Origin: an uncultured Verrucomicrobiae bacterium
Lineage (GTDB): Bacteria > Verrucomicrobiota > Verrucomicrobiia > Limisphaerales > Palsa-1400
Assembly (NCBI GenBank): GCA_963764165.1
Contig: CAVXRD010000002.1
Span: 2,624,001-2,688,000, forward strand
Direction of reading: 5' to 3'
DNA length: 64,000 nucleotides
This document shows positions 18,879-29,704 of the stretch, in pieces. The notes below the pieces were generated by a model. That model had not been told where the DNA came from and did not search any database. It saw only the letters and a program-made list of their open reading frames with translations. Numbering within the stretch: the stretch's first letter is position 1; each line of letters starts with the position of its first letter. The position numbers and the translations under genes were made by a program.

Positions 18879-20147
18879 TCAATTGCCACGAGCCGCTTTG
18901 ACGGCGTAGCACCAAAGGCTGGCGTGGTCGCGAATGTAGAGGCGTCCGTTGGCGATGACCGGGTAGGCCCAGGACTTTTCCATGGGATTCGAATGAGGCG
19001 CTTCTCCAATGGGATTGAAGCGGCCGCGTTCATGGTAACCTTCAGAAGTTGCGTCCACCAGGCCCACTTCTCCGTTTTCGCCATGCAAATACAGGTGTCC
19101 GTCCGCATAGCAAATAGATGCGGCTCCCACCGAACGCTCCTTCCATTTGGTCTCGCCAGTCAGATAATTCACACATAGCAAAGCGTCACCGGTCGCGCCG
19201 TAAAGAGAATCCCCAACTTTGACCACGCCGCCGATGGCGGCTGGGGCGCCGGCCGCAAAATAGATTTGCTCTGGCTCGACTGTGGACCCTGCGGCCTTGA
19301 GCTTGATAAGCCCGCCGCCTGTTCCAGTCGCGGAGCAGTAAATATAATTGCCGCTGGCGAGCGGGGTCTGAATGTTTGCCCCATAACGGCTGATGGGCTT
19401 GCTGTAACGCCATAAGAACCTCCCGGTCTTGGCGTCGATTCCGACAAGCCCCTTTTCAAGCAAGCAGACATACTGGCGCACGCCGGCCGCTTCCACAACA
19501 ATCGTCGAGGCGAAAGACGCATCGTCGCCCTCAGGCAGCGCGCACTTCCAAATCACCGCGCCAGAGTCCTTGCGCAGGGCCACGACTGTCGCATGGCTGC
19601 CGCCGGGTGCGCACACAACGGCTTCGCCATCAACCAACGGTGATTCAGCGTAGGCCCATTCGCCGGGTTTTCCGCCGAATTCAGCGCGCACGTTCTTTTG
19701 CCAGCGGATATGCCCGGTCTTGCGGTCGAGGCACGCCAAATCACCGTCGGAACCGAGAGCGTAAATTGCCTCGCCCTCGACGGTTGGGGTTGAGCGCGCG
19801 GCGGGGAAGTTGGGATCCTGTTTGGGATTGCCGACTTTGCCAATGCGGGCAGACCAAACGCGTTTGCCGTTGGCCGCGTCGAGCGCCTCGACAAATTCAT
19901 TGTCCAATCCCTCATTGGCCAGCAGGTAGAGGCGATCCCCGGCCACGGCGGGTGTTGAATAGCCGCGGCCGATGTCGTCGGACTTCCAGAGCATCTTTGG
20001 CCCCTCCTTGGGCCATTCCCCGAGCAGTCCCGTCTCGCGGGAAATCCCGTCCCGGCGCGGCCCGCGCCATTGCGGCCAGTCATCAGCTCGAACCAAACTC
20101 GGAATCAAAGCAACGACAGCAACCCAAAGAGCATAACGGAGTTTCAT
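18879..20147 (-). CDS. PQQ-like beta-propeller repeat exported protein (BamB-like family)
   Basis: Signal peptide then DWPQWRGPRRDG; repeated LDA..GK..W; SWAYPVIANGRLYIRD. Confidence 0.9.
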   Translation of the reverse strand: MKLRYALWVAVVALIPSLVRADDWPQWRGPRRDGISRETGLLGEWPKEGPKMLWKSDDIGRGYSTPAVAGDRLYLLANEGLDNEFVEALDAANGKRVWSARIGKVGNPKQDPNFPAARSTPTVEGEAIYALGSDGDLACLDRKTGHIRWQKNVRAEFGGKPGEWAYAESPLVDGEAVVCAPGGSHATVVALRKDSGAVIWKCALPEGDDASFASTIVVEAAGVRQYVCLLEKGLVGIDAKTGRFLWRYSKPISRYGANIQTPLASGNYIYCSATGTGGGLIKLKAAGSTVEPEQIYFAAGAPAAIGGVVKVGDSLYGATGDALLCVNYLTGETKWKERSVGAASICYADGHLYLHGENGEVGLVDATSEGYHERGRFNPIGEAPHSNPMEKSWAYPVIANGRLYIRDHASLWCYAVKAARGN

Positions 20148-20315
20148 AAGAACCAAAGCCTGCACCGATACTGGCCGACCTGGCGGGGCGAAGTCAAAGC
20201 GAATTGATTTTGCGAATTTGCGTCGCGAGGCGGTTTCCAATTGACAACCGCGGCGCGAGTTCCAAATATTGCGACCTTGCCTGCCCCTTCAGGCGGCGAG
20301 GTTCGATTTATCCAT

Positions 20316-21329
20316 ATGCAAAAAAAAGCCTTGATTACAGGCATCACCGGCCAGGATGGCTCATATCTGGCAGAACTGCTGCTGGGCAAAGGTTACGAAG
20401 TCCACGGCATCATCCGCCGCGCCAGCAGTTTCAATACGGGCCGGCTCGAATCCGTTTATTCCGATCCCCATGTCAGCCAGACCCGCCTCAAGCTGCATTA
20501 CGGCGATCTGAGCGATGGCAGCGGGTTGAGCCGGCTGCTGGAGCAAATCCAGCCTGACGAAATTTACAACCTGGCCGCGCAGAGCCATGTGCGGGTCAGC
20601 TTTGACGCCCCCGAATACACGACGGATGTGACCGCCACCGGCACAGTCCGGCTGCTGGAGGCCGTCCGGCAGGTCGGGCTTCATGCGCGCATTTACCAGG
20701 CGTCATCAAGCGAAATGTACGGCCGGGTGCAGGACATTCCGCAGACCGAGCAGACGCCCTTTTACCCGCGAAGCCCTTACGGGTGCTCCAAGGTGTATTC
20801 CTATTGGATCTCTGTCAATTACCGGGAATCCTACGGCATGCACGTCAGCAACGGGATTCTATTCAACCACGAATCCCCCCGCCGCGGAGCCACGTTTGTC
20901 ACCCGCAAGATCACGCGCGCGGTGGCGCACATCGCGGCCGGCCTGCAAAAGAAGCTTTACATGGGCAACCTGGACGCAAAACGCGACTGGGGCTACGCAA
21001 AGGAATACGTGGAAGCCATGTGGATCATGCTGCAGCAAGATCAGCCGGACGACTACGTTATTGCCACCAATGAAACGCATTCGGTTAGGGAGTTTTTGGA
21101 GCTGGCGTTTGCCAAAGTGAACCTGAACTGGCAGGAATTCGTGGAAATCGACGAGCGCTACTATCGGCCGGCGGAAGTTGATTTGTTGATTGGCGATTAC
21201 AGCAAAGCCAAACAGAAACTGGGATGGTCACCCAAAACAACCTTTGCGGAATTGGTCAAACTGATGGTGGAAGCGGATATCCAGCTCCTGGCCGACTACC
21301 GCGAAGGGAAGATCCCGGTGCCGGCCTAA
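20316..21329 (+). CDS. gmd: GDP-mannose 4,6-dehydratase
   Basis: [55 protein letters not shown]. Confidence 0.97.
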   Translation: MQKKALITGITGQDGSYLAELLLGKGYEVHGIIRRASSFNTGRLESVYSDPHVSQTRLKLHYGDLSDGSGLSRLLEQIQPDEIYNLAAQSHVRVSFDAPEYTTDVTATGTVRLLEAVRQVGLHARIYQASSSEMYGRVQDIPQTEQTPFYPRSPYGCSKVYSYWISVNYRESYGMHVSNGILFNHESPRRGATFVTRKITRAVAHIAAGLQKKLYMGNLDAKRDWGYAKEYVEAMWIMLQQDQPDDYVIATNETHSVREFLELAFAKVNLNWQEFVEIDERYYRPAEVDLLIGDYSKAKQKLGWSPKTTFAELVKLMVEADIQLLADYREGKIPVPA

Positions 21330-21382
21330 TCCGCTTTTGACCAGGGGAATGCCGACAGGAGGCCGAAAATTCAGCCTGTGAT

Positions 21383-21997
21383 TTAGCGAACGGGGAGGAC
21401 AACCTGTGGGCCGCTTAATTCCCACGATTTGACTTTCATGAAATGATCAAGCCATGCATGAAGGAGCACTTGATGGGCGCACTCAACAATCCCGTAAGTC
21501 CAGGCAGGCACGTAAAAATTCAGGTCGCCGAGCTTCCTCGAAGCATTGTCCGGCTTCATGCCGGAAAGGGTAACCACGCGCATACCTGCCTGCCTGGCGG
21601 TTGCGATTGCCTTAAGGACGTTGGGAGAATTTCCTGAACTGCTGATGGTAGCCAGGAGATCACCTTTTTTCCCAAACCACCCCAAAGGCTGCGCAAAAAT
21701 CTGCTCATAGCCCAAGTCATTGCCGATGGCGGTGAGAAAAGAGATATCGTTGTAAGCCATCGCTTTGACCCCGGCGTTCTTGACCCAATCCACCGCCATG
21801 TGGCTCGCCATGCAGGCGCTTGCGCCGTTGCCGACGAAATGCATGAGCCGGTCTTCCTCACGAACAGAGTGCGACCACGCGCAAAGAGCAGCCAGCGACT
21901 GGTCGCCCTGAACCTCCTTGCCGTCAACTGAAGTCACGCTGACCCGCTCCAGCGAACTGCTCATGCTGGCGCGGTAATTCAACCAATAATCGGTCAT
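21383..21997 (-). CDS. SIS-domain phosphoheptose isomerase (GmhA-like)
   Basis: GNGASA.MASH, TAIGNDLGYE.IF, ISSSGNSPNV, YGIVECAH. Confidence 0.85.
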   Translation of the reverse strand: MTDYWLNYRASMSSSLERVSVTSVDGKEVQGDQSLAALCAWSHSVREEDRLMHFVGNGASACMASHMAVDWVKNAGVKAMAYNDISFLTAIGNDLGYEQIFAQPLGWFGKKGDLLATISSSGNSPNVLKAIATARQAGMRVVTLSGMKPDNASRKLGDLNFYVPAWTYGIVECAHQVLLHAWLDHFMKVKSWELSGPQVVLPVR

Positions 21998-22026
21998 AAG
22001 GTTGCAACTTAAAATATCCAGCGCGC

Positions 22027-22055
22027 AGATTACCGGCGCAGCTAAATGCGGTCAA
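22027..22055 (-). promoter_or_regulatory. sigma70-type promoter for the SIS gene
   Basis: Minus strand TTGACC-17 nt-TAATCT, 30 nt upstream of the start codon. Confidence 0.55.
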
Positions 22056-22116
22056 TAGCGCGGGATGCCTGGCAGTGCGTTTGCTCCCGACAAAACCGGA
22101 CACGGCCAAAGGGTTC

Positions 22117-23181
22117 TCATTGCGCCTGCGCCGCGCGCTCACACCACGACTGGTGAATCTCTGAAAATGTGGTTTCCAAGTCCTTGGTAATTCCCCATCC
22201 CAAAAAGTGCGCCTTCATCTTCGTCAAGTCGGAGATGTAGCAAATATGGTCACCCTGGCGGTTTTGATCCACATACTCATACTTCATGGGTTTGCCAGAG
22301 ATGCGGGAAATCAAGTCGAAAGCTTCGAGGATCGAAACTGAATTGCCGCGGCCGCCGCCCAGGTTGTAGACCTCGCCGCAACGCGGGGCGCTGATGAACC
22401 GCTTCATGAACTCAACGACATCATAGCTGTGGATGTTGTCGCGCACCTGCTTGCCTTTGTATCCGAAAATCTTGTATGTGCGGCCTTCCAGGTTGCACTT
22501 GACGAGGAAGCTCAGGAACCCATGCAATTCGACGCCGCTGTGATTGGGACCTGTCAAACATCCGCCACGAAGACAGCAGGTGGGCAGCCCGAAATAGCGG
22601 CCATATTCCTGAACCATGATGTCGGCGGCGACCTTTGAGGCGCCAAACACCGAGTGTTTGCTCTGGTCAATTCGGAATGATTCAGCAATGCCCCCGGCGT
22701 AGGTGGGATCATCGTAGTCCCAGCGTTTCTCCAGTTCCTTTAGCCGGATTTCATTGGGCGCATCGCCATACACTTTGTTTGTGCTCATATGCACAAAGGG
22801 CGATTCCGGACACGACTGCCTGGCGGCCTCCAGCATATTGACAGTCCCCACTGCGTTGACATCAAAATCATCCCAAGGCCGGCTTGCGGCCAGGTCGTGG
22901 CTCGGCTGGGCGGCGGCATGGACGATCGCCTGCGGCTTGAGGGTCTTCAGCAAATCGAGAATGGCGGGGCGATTGCGGATATCGAGTTCGTGGTGGTGAA
23001 AATCCGGGTGGCGGTCCTTCAGCCGCTGCAAATTCCAGCGCGTATCGCCTTGGGGGCCGAAAAAATCGCTGCGCATGTTGTTATCCACGCCATGCACGAC
23101 CCACCCACTGGTCGAGAACGCAGCGACCACTTCCGATCCGATGAGACCGGACGAGCCTGTGACAAGAAGTTTAGCAGCCAT
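22117..23181 (-). CDS. NAD-dependent nucleotide-sugar epimerase (CDP-paratose 2-epimerase-like)
   Basis: [47 protein letters not shown]. Confidence 0.85.
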   Translation of the reverse strand: MAAKLLVTGSSGLIGSEVVAAFSTSGWVVHGVDNNMRSDFFGPQGDTRWNLQRLKDRHPDFHHHELDIRNRPAILDLLKTLKPQAIVHAAAQPSHDLAASRPWDDFDVNAVGTVNMLEAARQSCPESPFVHMSTNKVYGDAPNEIRLKELEKRWDYDDPTYAGGIAESFRIDQSKHSVFGASKVAADIMVQEYGRYFGLPTCCLRGGCLTGPNHSGVELHGFLSFLVKCNLEGRTYKIFGYKGKQVRDNIHSYDVVEFMKRFISAPRCGEVYNLGGGRGNSVSILEAFDLISRISGKPMKYEYVDQNRQGDHICYISDLTKMKAHFLGWGITKDLETTFSEIHQSWCERAAQAQ

Positions 23182-23466
23182 TTGGCTTTTCGTAAATAAG
23201 CCTTCCTAAGTTCAAAAGCAACGTATTTTCTCGGAAAGATTGATTTTGAGATTTCGCGGCCCGGTCATTTGGGGGATCGGCATTGCGTTCGTCGGTCCAT
23301 CGCCGGTCAACGCATGTGGCAATTGTGATTGACTTGCGAGGCCCGTTTGGCTGCAATGGAGCGATAGTTGTGGTGTTGGCCGCAGCGTGAAAGTGGGTGA
23401 GGGGGGGAACGCAGGCTCGAGAGCTTTGAAGACGGATTCTTCGCTTCGATCACATTCGACGTTGCA

Positions 23467-24177
23467 ATGGAATCAAATTGCCAGTCTGTAAATTCAAGCG
23501 CCAAGAAATTGGATGCCTGCGAATTGACCAGCACGGAGTGTGCCCAGGCGAAACGGACCTCGCGCTTGCGGTTTATTGCATGGCTGCTGGTGTCCGCAAG
23601 CGCCTTATTTCTGGTTGGTTATCTCTATCGCGCTCCACTGCTCTCCGGCATGGCACGGGCGTGGGTGGTCAACGAGCCGACAACGCATGCCGATGCGATA
23701 GTGATACTGGGCGGCGGACTGGAAAGCCGGCCGTTCGCGGCCGCGAAATTATTTCATGCCAACGTTGCCTCGCGCATTCTTTACATGGACGTCAGGCGCA
23801 GCCCGTCCGAGGAGATGGGCATAACCTTGCCGGAGGTGGAGCAGACCCGCCGAATCTTGCTTAGCAATGGCGTGCCCGAGACCGCCATGACTGTGGTCGG
23901 CAGCAAAGTGACCAGCACATTTGACGAAGCGCGGGCGGTCAAAGGATGGGTTGAGAAGAACGGAGCCCAATCGATCATCATCCCGACCGACGCCTTTCAC
24001 ACACGCCGGGCGCGGTGGATTTTTCGCAAGGAACTTCGCGTTGCGAAGGCGGAAATCCACGTCGTTCCCATCGACCCCATTCGCTACAAGCTGAGCGATT
24101 GGTGGACTCATGAGGAAGGTTTGATTTTTTTTCAGAACGAAGTCGTCAAGTCGCTTTATTACCGGCTTCACTATTAA
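23467..24177 (+). CDS. YdcF/ElyC (DUF218) family protein
   Basis: N-terminal TM, ADAIVILGGG, STFDEA, PTDAFHTRRA, terminal E.VK..YY. Confidence 0.88.
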   Translation: MESNCQSVNSSAKKLDACELTSTECAQAKRTSRLRFIAWLLVSASALFLVGYLYRAPLLSGMARAWVVNEPTTHADAIVILGGGLESRPFAAAKLFHANVASRILYMDVRRSPSEEMGITLPEVEQTRRILLSNGVPETAMTVVGSKVTSTFDEARAVKGWVEKNGAQSIIIPTDAFHTRRARWIFRKELRVAKAEIHVVPIDPIRYKLSDWWTHEEGLIFFQNEVVKSLYYRLHY

Positions 24178-24251
24178 AATCATTGTCGGGCAAAAGCGCG
24201 CGCACGGGCTTTTGACAATCACCGTAATTCAGCCGTTTTGCATTCCCAGAA

Positions 24252-25103
24252 ATGTCGAGTCTCTCCATCACAATTTATACGCCCGAATCGCCTTTGCGGC
24301 ATCCCGGGCGGCTATTGACCGGCATGCTTCGAGATCTGCTGGCGTCGCGCGAACTGGCTTGGCGCCTTTTTATGCGTGATTTGAGCGCCCAATATCGGCA
24401 GACGTTCCTGGGTTACATTTGGGCATTTCTGCCGCCGTTGGTTGCTTCCATCACTTTTATCTATTTAAATTCGCAGGGCATCGTGAGCATTCAAGGGACT
24501 GGCATTCCATACCCGGCGTTTGCGATAATCGGCACCTTGCTATGGCAGGTTTTTGTAGACGCGATCCAATGTCCGTCGCAAGCCGTCAATTCAGGCAAAC
24601 CAATGCTGGCGAAGATCAATTTCCCGCGTGAAGCTTTGGTGCTGGGCGGCCTTTATATGGTGATATTTAATCTAGGCATCCGGCTGGTGCTGGCTGCCGC
24701 TGTCATGGTGATCTGGAAGATCACGCCGGGCGCCGGGTTACTATTGTTTCCGGTGGCATTGGCCAGTCTTGTTGCTGCTGGACTTGCCATAGGCATGGCC
24801 ATTTTGCCTGTTGGAACATTGTACGGTGATATTACTCGCGGCATTCCGATTATCACTCAATTCTGGATGCTTCTGACGCCCGTCGTATATCCAGCCAAGA
24901 CCGGCGGATTGGCCGGGTTGCTGTCCGGCTGGAATCCCCTCTCTCCGCTCATAACGGTCGCCCGCGAAACTCTTTGCAACCAGCCCGTGACGTTGATTGT
25001 TCCGTTTATTGTTGTCGTCGCAATCTCGCTCGTGTTCGTCTTTTTAGGATTGCTCGCTTACCGGCTGGTCATGCCCTTGCTCATTGAGCGGATGGGCGGG
25101 TAG
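24252..25103 (+). CDS. wzm: Polysaccharide ABC transporter permease
   Basis: RDLSAQYRQTFLGYIWAFLPP, KINFPRE, TPVVYP, WNPL; multi-TM. Confidence 0.92.
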   Translation: MSSLSITIYTPESPLRHPGRLLTGMLRDLLASRELAWRLFMRDLSAQYRQTFLGYIWAFLPPLVASITFIYLNSQGIVSIQGTGIPYPAFAIIGTLLWQVFVDAIQCPSQAVNSGKPMLAKINFPREALVLGGLYMVIFNLGIRLVLAAAVMVIWKITPGAGLLLFPVALASLVAAGLAIGMAILPVGTLYGDITRGIPIITQFWMLLTPVVYPAKTGGLAGLLSGWNPLSPLITVARETLCNQPVTLIVPFIVVVAISLVFVFLGLLAYRLVMPLLIERMGG

Positions 25104-25166
25104 CGCACACACCTAGTCCAGTTCGCGCATGGGCAAACCAAACCCACTGCCTCACCTCCATAACGC

Positions 25167-26384
25167 ATGCCCGTGTCCACCGTCACCCATTTGCCATCGT
25201 CCGTTTCAGCGCGTTCGAATGACGAAAGCGATGTGCTAATCAAGGCCGAGAATGTATCCAAGAAATTCTGCCGCAGCTTAAAAAAATCGCTGTGGTACGG
25301 GATGAAGGATATGGCGGCTGAATTGGCCGGGGGAAGCCGCCAGCACAACCAATTGCGCAAGGACGAATTTTGGGCGGTGAACGATATTTCATTCGAGCTG
25401 AAGCGGGGCGAGTGCCTGGGCCTGCTGGGCCGGAATGGCGCAGGAAAGACTACTCTGCTGAAGATGCTTAACGGCTTGGTTAAGCCGGACAAGGGGCAAA
25501 TTACGATCCATGGGAGAGTGGGCGCGTTAATCGCCCTGGGCGCGGGCTTCAATCCCATCCTGACTGGCCGGGAAAATATTTACGTGAATGCTTCGGTGCT
25601 TGGACTTACCAAGAGGGAGATAGACGAAAAGGTCGAAGAAATCATCGAATTCTCCGGCATTCGCGCATTCATCGACACACCTGTGCAAAATTACAGTTCT
25701 GGAATGCAGGTGAGATTGGGATTCGCCGTCGCCACCGCCCTTGACCCGGACGTTCTGCTGTTGGATGAGGTATTGGCGGTGGGCGACGCGGAATTTCGCG
25801 CCAAGTGTTATAACCGCGTCGCAAAACTGATGCGGAGGTCGGCCGTGATATTTGTCACGCATAGCATGGAACATATTGGGCAGATTTGCACGGATGCCTT
25901 GTTTCTTGCGAATGGATCGATCGTAGCAAAGGGTGATCCAGTGGAATGCATAAGGGAGTATGAAAAAGCCAACACCTCACCGTTGTCGAATGAGAGTTTC
26001 ACCCGCATCGAACCGCCAGTCTGCTCGTTCGAGTTGGAAATCCCTCTCGAAATCAACTATGGCGAAGGATTGCTGATACGTTGCAGCGCTAATTTGGACG
26101 CCGATATCTTCGGATGCTTCGCACGCGTCTCCTTTTACGGGCCTTCCGGCGGCATCGCGGCTGAGTACAGCACCGCCTCCTCCAATCAAACATTTGACCT
26201 CAAACAAGGCATGAATCATCTGAAGGTTCAAGTGCCCGCCATTTTGTTGAGAGATGGCAGTTACTCAATTGCGTTCGTGCTTCACGACAACAGTGGTTTT
26301 GCGAGTTTGGCCTTTTCGCGAAATCAATATGCCGTCCGAATTTCAGGAAGTCCGCAAGGGTTTGCAGATTACCTAATCACTTAG
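25167..26384 (+). CDS. wzt: Polysaccharide ABC transporter ATPase with C-terminal extension (Wzt_C-like)
   Basis: GRNGAGKTT, YSSGMQVRLGF, LLLDEVLAVGD; ~140-aa beta-rich C-terminal domain. Confidence 0.93.
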   Translation: MPVSTVTHLPSSVSARSNDESDVLIKAENVSKKFCRSLKKSLWYGMKDMAAELAGGSRQHNQLRKDEFWAVNDISFELKRGECLGLLGRNGAGKTTLLKMLNGLVKPDKGQITIHGRVGALIALGAGFNPILTGRENIYVNASVLGLTKREIDEKVEEIIEFSGIRAFIDTPVQNYSSGMQVRLGFAVATALDPDVLLLDEVLAVGDAEFRAKCYNRVAKLMRRSAVIFVTHSMEHIGQICTDALFLANGSIVAKGDPVECIREYEKANTSPLSNESFTRIEPPVCSFELEIPLEINYGEGLLIRCSANLDADIFGCFARVSFYGPSGGIAAEYSTASSNQTFDLKQGMNHLKVQVPAILLRDGSYSIAFVLHDNSGFASLAFSRNQYAVRISGSPQGFADYLIT

Positions 26385-26449
26385 GGAAGAACGTTAAGGG
26401 CACGCTTTTGAAAACGACGCGGAGAGGGCGGAGATAGAAAATTTAACTT

Positions 26450-27232
26450 ATGGCTTTAAATTCATCAGGCAATAAAAACAGCGGCGCGCCAGCCATGTTG
26501 CGAGTTTACTCGGGCGATAAGAAGGGCGCCACGGCATTCTTTCGAAATCGATGCTTTGTGGATACCATTAATTCGTGCCTTTTGCGCCTGAATCAGCCAA
26601 AAATCCGGGTGATGTTCCATTCTTGCTCCGTCGGCGCGGAGCCTTACAGCTTCGCAATAACCTGGCAGAACCAAAAGCAGCAGCCCCTCCCGGAATTGCG
26701 CATCGATACTACTGATATAGAACCTAATTTTGTGGAAACGGCGAAAAAGGCGCTCTACCAAGACCACATCTTAGAGTCCATGAGCGCGGATGAGCAGCGC
26801 TCGTTCGAGCGCGTCGGCGGAGATCAAGTCCGGCCCATAAAAAGCATCAGGGATATTATCACTTTCCGGGAGCCGTCATCCTTGCTGGATTTCGCGGCGG
26901 GGGATCCTTACGACGCAGTCTTTGCAATGAACGTGCTGACTTATTTGACGGAAGCCCAGCAAACCGAGGCCATACAAAAAATGGCACAGTATGCGCGGCA
27001 CTATTTGTGCGTCACCGCATTTCATCCCGATCAAATTCAGGCGGACATCCGCAAGATTGGTTTCGCCCCGGTCACTGACAACCTTGCGGAAATTCACAAT
27101 GCCTGGGGCGACAGGCTCCGGCCCGGCGGAGCCAAGAAGGGAACTCCGGAATACTCGTGGGTCTTGCCCGAATTCGAAACGGTTTCCAAGGATTTTGAAT
27201 GGCGGTATTGTGCCATATTCAGGCGCGTTTAG
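26450..27232 (+). CDS. CheR-fold SAM-dependent methyltransferase lacking the N-terminal domain
   Basis: TAFFRN, HSCSVGAEPYS, TTDI, YDAVFAMNVLTY match the CheR catalytic domain. Confidence 0.75.
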   Translation: MALNSSGNKNSGAPAMLRVYSGDKKGATAFFRNRCFVDTINSCLLRLNQPKIRVMFHSCSVGAEPYSFAITWQNQKQQPLPELRIDTTDIEPNFVETAKKALYQDHILESMSADEQRSFERVGGDQVRPIKSIRDIITFREPSSLLDFAAGDPYDAVFAMNVLTYLTEAQQTEAIQKMAQYARHYLCVTAFHPDQIQADIRKIGFAPVTDNLAEIHNAWGDRLRPGGAKKGTPEYSWVLPEFETVSKDFEWRYCAIFRRV

Positions 27233-27262
27233 CCCGCCTGCCGCTGAATCAGCAATATTCTC

Positions 27263-28465
27263 TTGAAAACCGTTTTGGCCAACGATACGAGCGGCACCAG
27301 CAACCCGGGGTGCCAAGGGACGGTTTATTGTTTGACAGAAGCTGCGCATCGGCACGGCTTGGATATTGTTTCACGTTTGCCAATCGGGTACGGTTATGAG
27401 GCTTTTTCGGACTGCTTCAAGCGCCCTCCACCGCCTTCGTTGGGCCGGAGAGTTTCGCGCCGCTTGCGCAGAGCTTGTGGCATTGCGCAAGAAAATCGCT
27501 CCATTTCAACTGAATCTGTCCGCCAGATAGACACTTTGAGATGGCATGAAGCGATAGCCAGGATGCGCGAACGGCTGGCTCCGGCTTGGGCCGATGTCGA
27601 TTTGCTTTTGGTCAATGGAGAAGGAACCATCCATCACGACAGCATAGGAGCGCTTGCCTTGAGCGGGCTTTGTGCCGCAGCCAAAGGGTTGAGAAAGCGC
27701 GTCGCGCTTGTCAACTGTTCCATCCTCGCGCTAAGTGAACCGCTCCTGGACACATTGCGCCAGTCGGTGGATTATTTCAGTGTCCGGGAACCGGTCACAT
27801 TCCGCTACCTCCGTGACTGCGACATTCCCGCGACTCAGTCCGCGGATTGCTTATTTCTCGCCAGCCAGCTTCCTGAAACGCATCATCCTGCCCCGCCGAG
27901 GCTGCCCAGCGGCGGGTCCTACGTGGTTTATACGCCAGGAGTTTTAACGGCCTGCGGGCAAATTAACGGCCAGACTATCAACGCCGACATCAAGGCCATT
28001 AGAAGTCTAGGTCACGACGTCGTGTACTATGTTGTTGAAATCGAGGACGAGCGATTCTGTTTGGAGGCGGCCCAGGCTGGCGCGTCGATTCTGCCTTTAG
28101 GCGCGCTGCGATGGAACCACGTTCAACGGCTATTGAGCGGCGCGGAATGGGTCGTTTCAGGACGCTACCATATCAATATCTTCTCGTCTCTGGCTGGCAC
28201 TCCATTCGTGCCGTTGGAAACAAACACGTCTAAAATGGGTGGCTTGCTCGAGCTTCTTGGCGAGCACGGATCGAAATCCATCAGGAGTTGGAAGAATGCG
28301 GAGTCGTCAGCCGATCTCCCCAGCCTGATCGGTCCTGGCGCGGGCATCAAGGTTTCAAATGGCAAAGTCAGGGAATGCGCAACTATGGCTGAGTTATCCG
28401 CTAGCTTTGCCACGCGCCCTGCGTTTGCGAAAACAACACCCCTGGCGCCGGCGAATAAATCATAA
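27263..28465 (+). CDS. Polysaccharide pyruvyl-transferase-like protein
   Basis: NDTS...NPGC, LVNGEGTIHH, SVREP, SAD, VSGRYH, GTPF...K. Confidence 0.75.
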   Translation: MKTVLANDTSGTSNPGCQGTVYCLTEAAHRHGLDIVSRLPIGYGYEAFSDCFKRPPPPSLGRRVSRRLRRACGIAQENRSISTESVRQIDTLRWHEAIARMRERLAPAWADVDLLLVNGEGTIHHDSIGALALSGLCAAAKGLRKRVALVNCSILALSEPLLDTLRQSVDYFSVREPVTFRYLRDCDIPATQSADCLFLASQLPETHHPAPPRLPSGGSYVVYTPGVLTACGQINGQTINADIKAIRSLGHDVVYYVVEIEDERFCLEAAQAGASILPLGALRWNHVQRLLSGAEWVVSGRYHINIFSSLAGTPFVPLETNTSKMGGLLELLGEHGSKSIRSWKNAESSADLPSLIGPGAGIKVSNGKVRECATMAELSASFATRPAFAKTTPLAPANKS

Positions 28466-28489
28466 AGCCATGGGGTCAAGCCTTAGAGC

Positions 28490-29704
28490 GTGAAGATACG
28501 GCTCGCCACTCCCGAGAGCGCCGCGCGCTATCAGCACTATAAGACAGTGGTGGAGGCGCCGGAGTTTGAATGGCTTGGAACCATAGAAGCCCCATACTCA
28601 AGCTTCCGCGATGCCCAGGGAATCGTCATCAGCGATGAGTGGCACAATCCTACTCGCCTCGCCATTGCCGAATGCAAAAAGCAAAAGATTCCGGTATTTC
28701 ATATTATCGATGGCATTCTCGAATGGAGAAATCTCTTCGAACATTCGCGTTCCGTGGATCCAAAAAAGGGCAGCCCGCTTTTCCAGCCGGTCCTCGCGGA
28801 TCATACCTTCTGCATGGGAGCTTTCCAGAAATGGCAATTGGAATGGCTCGGCAACGCCTCGATTCATCCAAGCGGGCTGCCCCGGCTCGATGGCATAAAA
28901 GTGGCGCCTTGCCGATCAAGGGCGGCCTCGGATCCTCCCCGGCTGCTGGTCGCCACCGCCAACACCCCGTGGTTCGACGCCGCGCAGCATCGGCGGTTTA
29001 CTGTGGAGTTCTCGCATTTGGCCGAGCTTTGCCTTAGAGAGACAGCGCGTCCAAGGCCTGATTTCCAATGCACATGGCGCATCGCTGCGGATGCGGCGTC
29101 CCCGTTGGGGCTGTCGCCGGATAGTTCCGGTACCGCCGCCGCCGCTCTTGCGGCATGCGATGGGCTCCTGACAACTCCCTCCACCCTTGCGGTCGAAGCC
29201 ATGCTCGCTGGAGTGCCGACTTTGATATTTGATCCATTTGCCTGTCCGGGATTTATCCCATCGGCATGGCATGCGACCTCCGCTGAAACCGCCTTTGGGC
29301 TGATCCCCTCGCTGCTTCGCCCCGCTGAGGAGCGATGCCGCCTCCAAGATTCTCTGCGAAGCCTGATGACGCCTTCGGACCAAGCGGCATCCGAACGCGT
29401 TCGCAACTGCATTCTTCAAGTCGTTCGCAATGGATGCGCTCCCCCGCCCGCCGCGGCAGAACCGATGTTCGCGGGAAAAGGCAGCCCATTGCACGATTTC
29501 GCCTCGAAAGGCTTTCCTCCGCATTTTTCTCCGGCTGACATTCACGGCTTGCTGGCAAGTCTTCCCTCGCTGGATGCGAAAATTGCGAGTCAACAGCAGC
29601 GCATTGAAGAACTTCAGCGGCAGCTTTACACGCCAAGTTTAAAGGATGGCGTTCGCGCTCTGTTGCGCGGATTTGCGAATACGTTTAGGACACCCGGCAA
29701 GTGA
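28490..29704 (+). CDS. Putative GT-B-fold transferase with C-terminal coiled coil
   Basis: SGLPRLD, LLTTPSTLAVEAMLAGVPT; tail LDAKIASQQQRIEELQRQL. Confidence 0.55.
   Translation: MKIRLATPESAARYQHYKTVVEAPEFEWLGTIEAPYSSFRDAQGIVISDEWHNPTRLAIAECKKQKIPVFHIIDGILEWRNLFEHSRSVDPKKGSPLFQPVLADHTFCMGAFQKWQLEWLGNASIHPSGLPRLDGIKVAPCRSRAASDPPRLLVATANTPWFDAAQHRRFTVEFSHLAELCLRETARPRPDFQCTWRIAADAASPLGLSPDSSGTAAAALAACDGLLTTPSTLAVEAMLAGVPTLIFDPFACPGFIPSAWHATSAETAFGLIPSLLRPAEERCRLQDSLRSLMTPSDQAASERVRNCILQVVRNGCAPPPAAAEPMFAGKGSPLHDFASKGFPPHFSPADIHGLLASLPSLDAKIASQQQRIEELQRQLYTPSLKDGVRALLRGFANTFRTPGK

Noticed and set aside
26450..27232. Calling this gene cheR (chemotaxis)
   Set aside because: It lacks the N-terminal domain and any chemotaxis context, so the gene symbol is withheld
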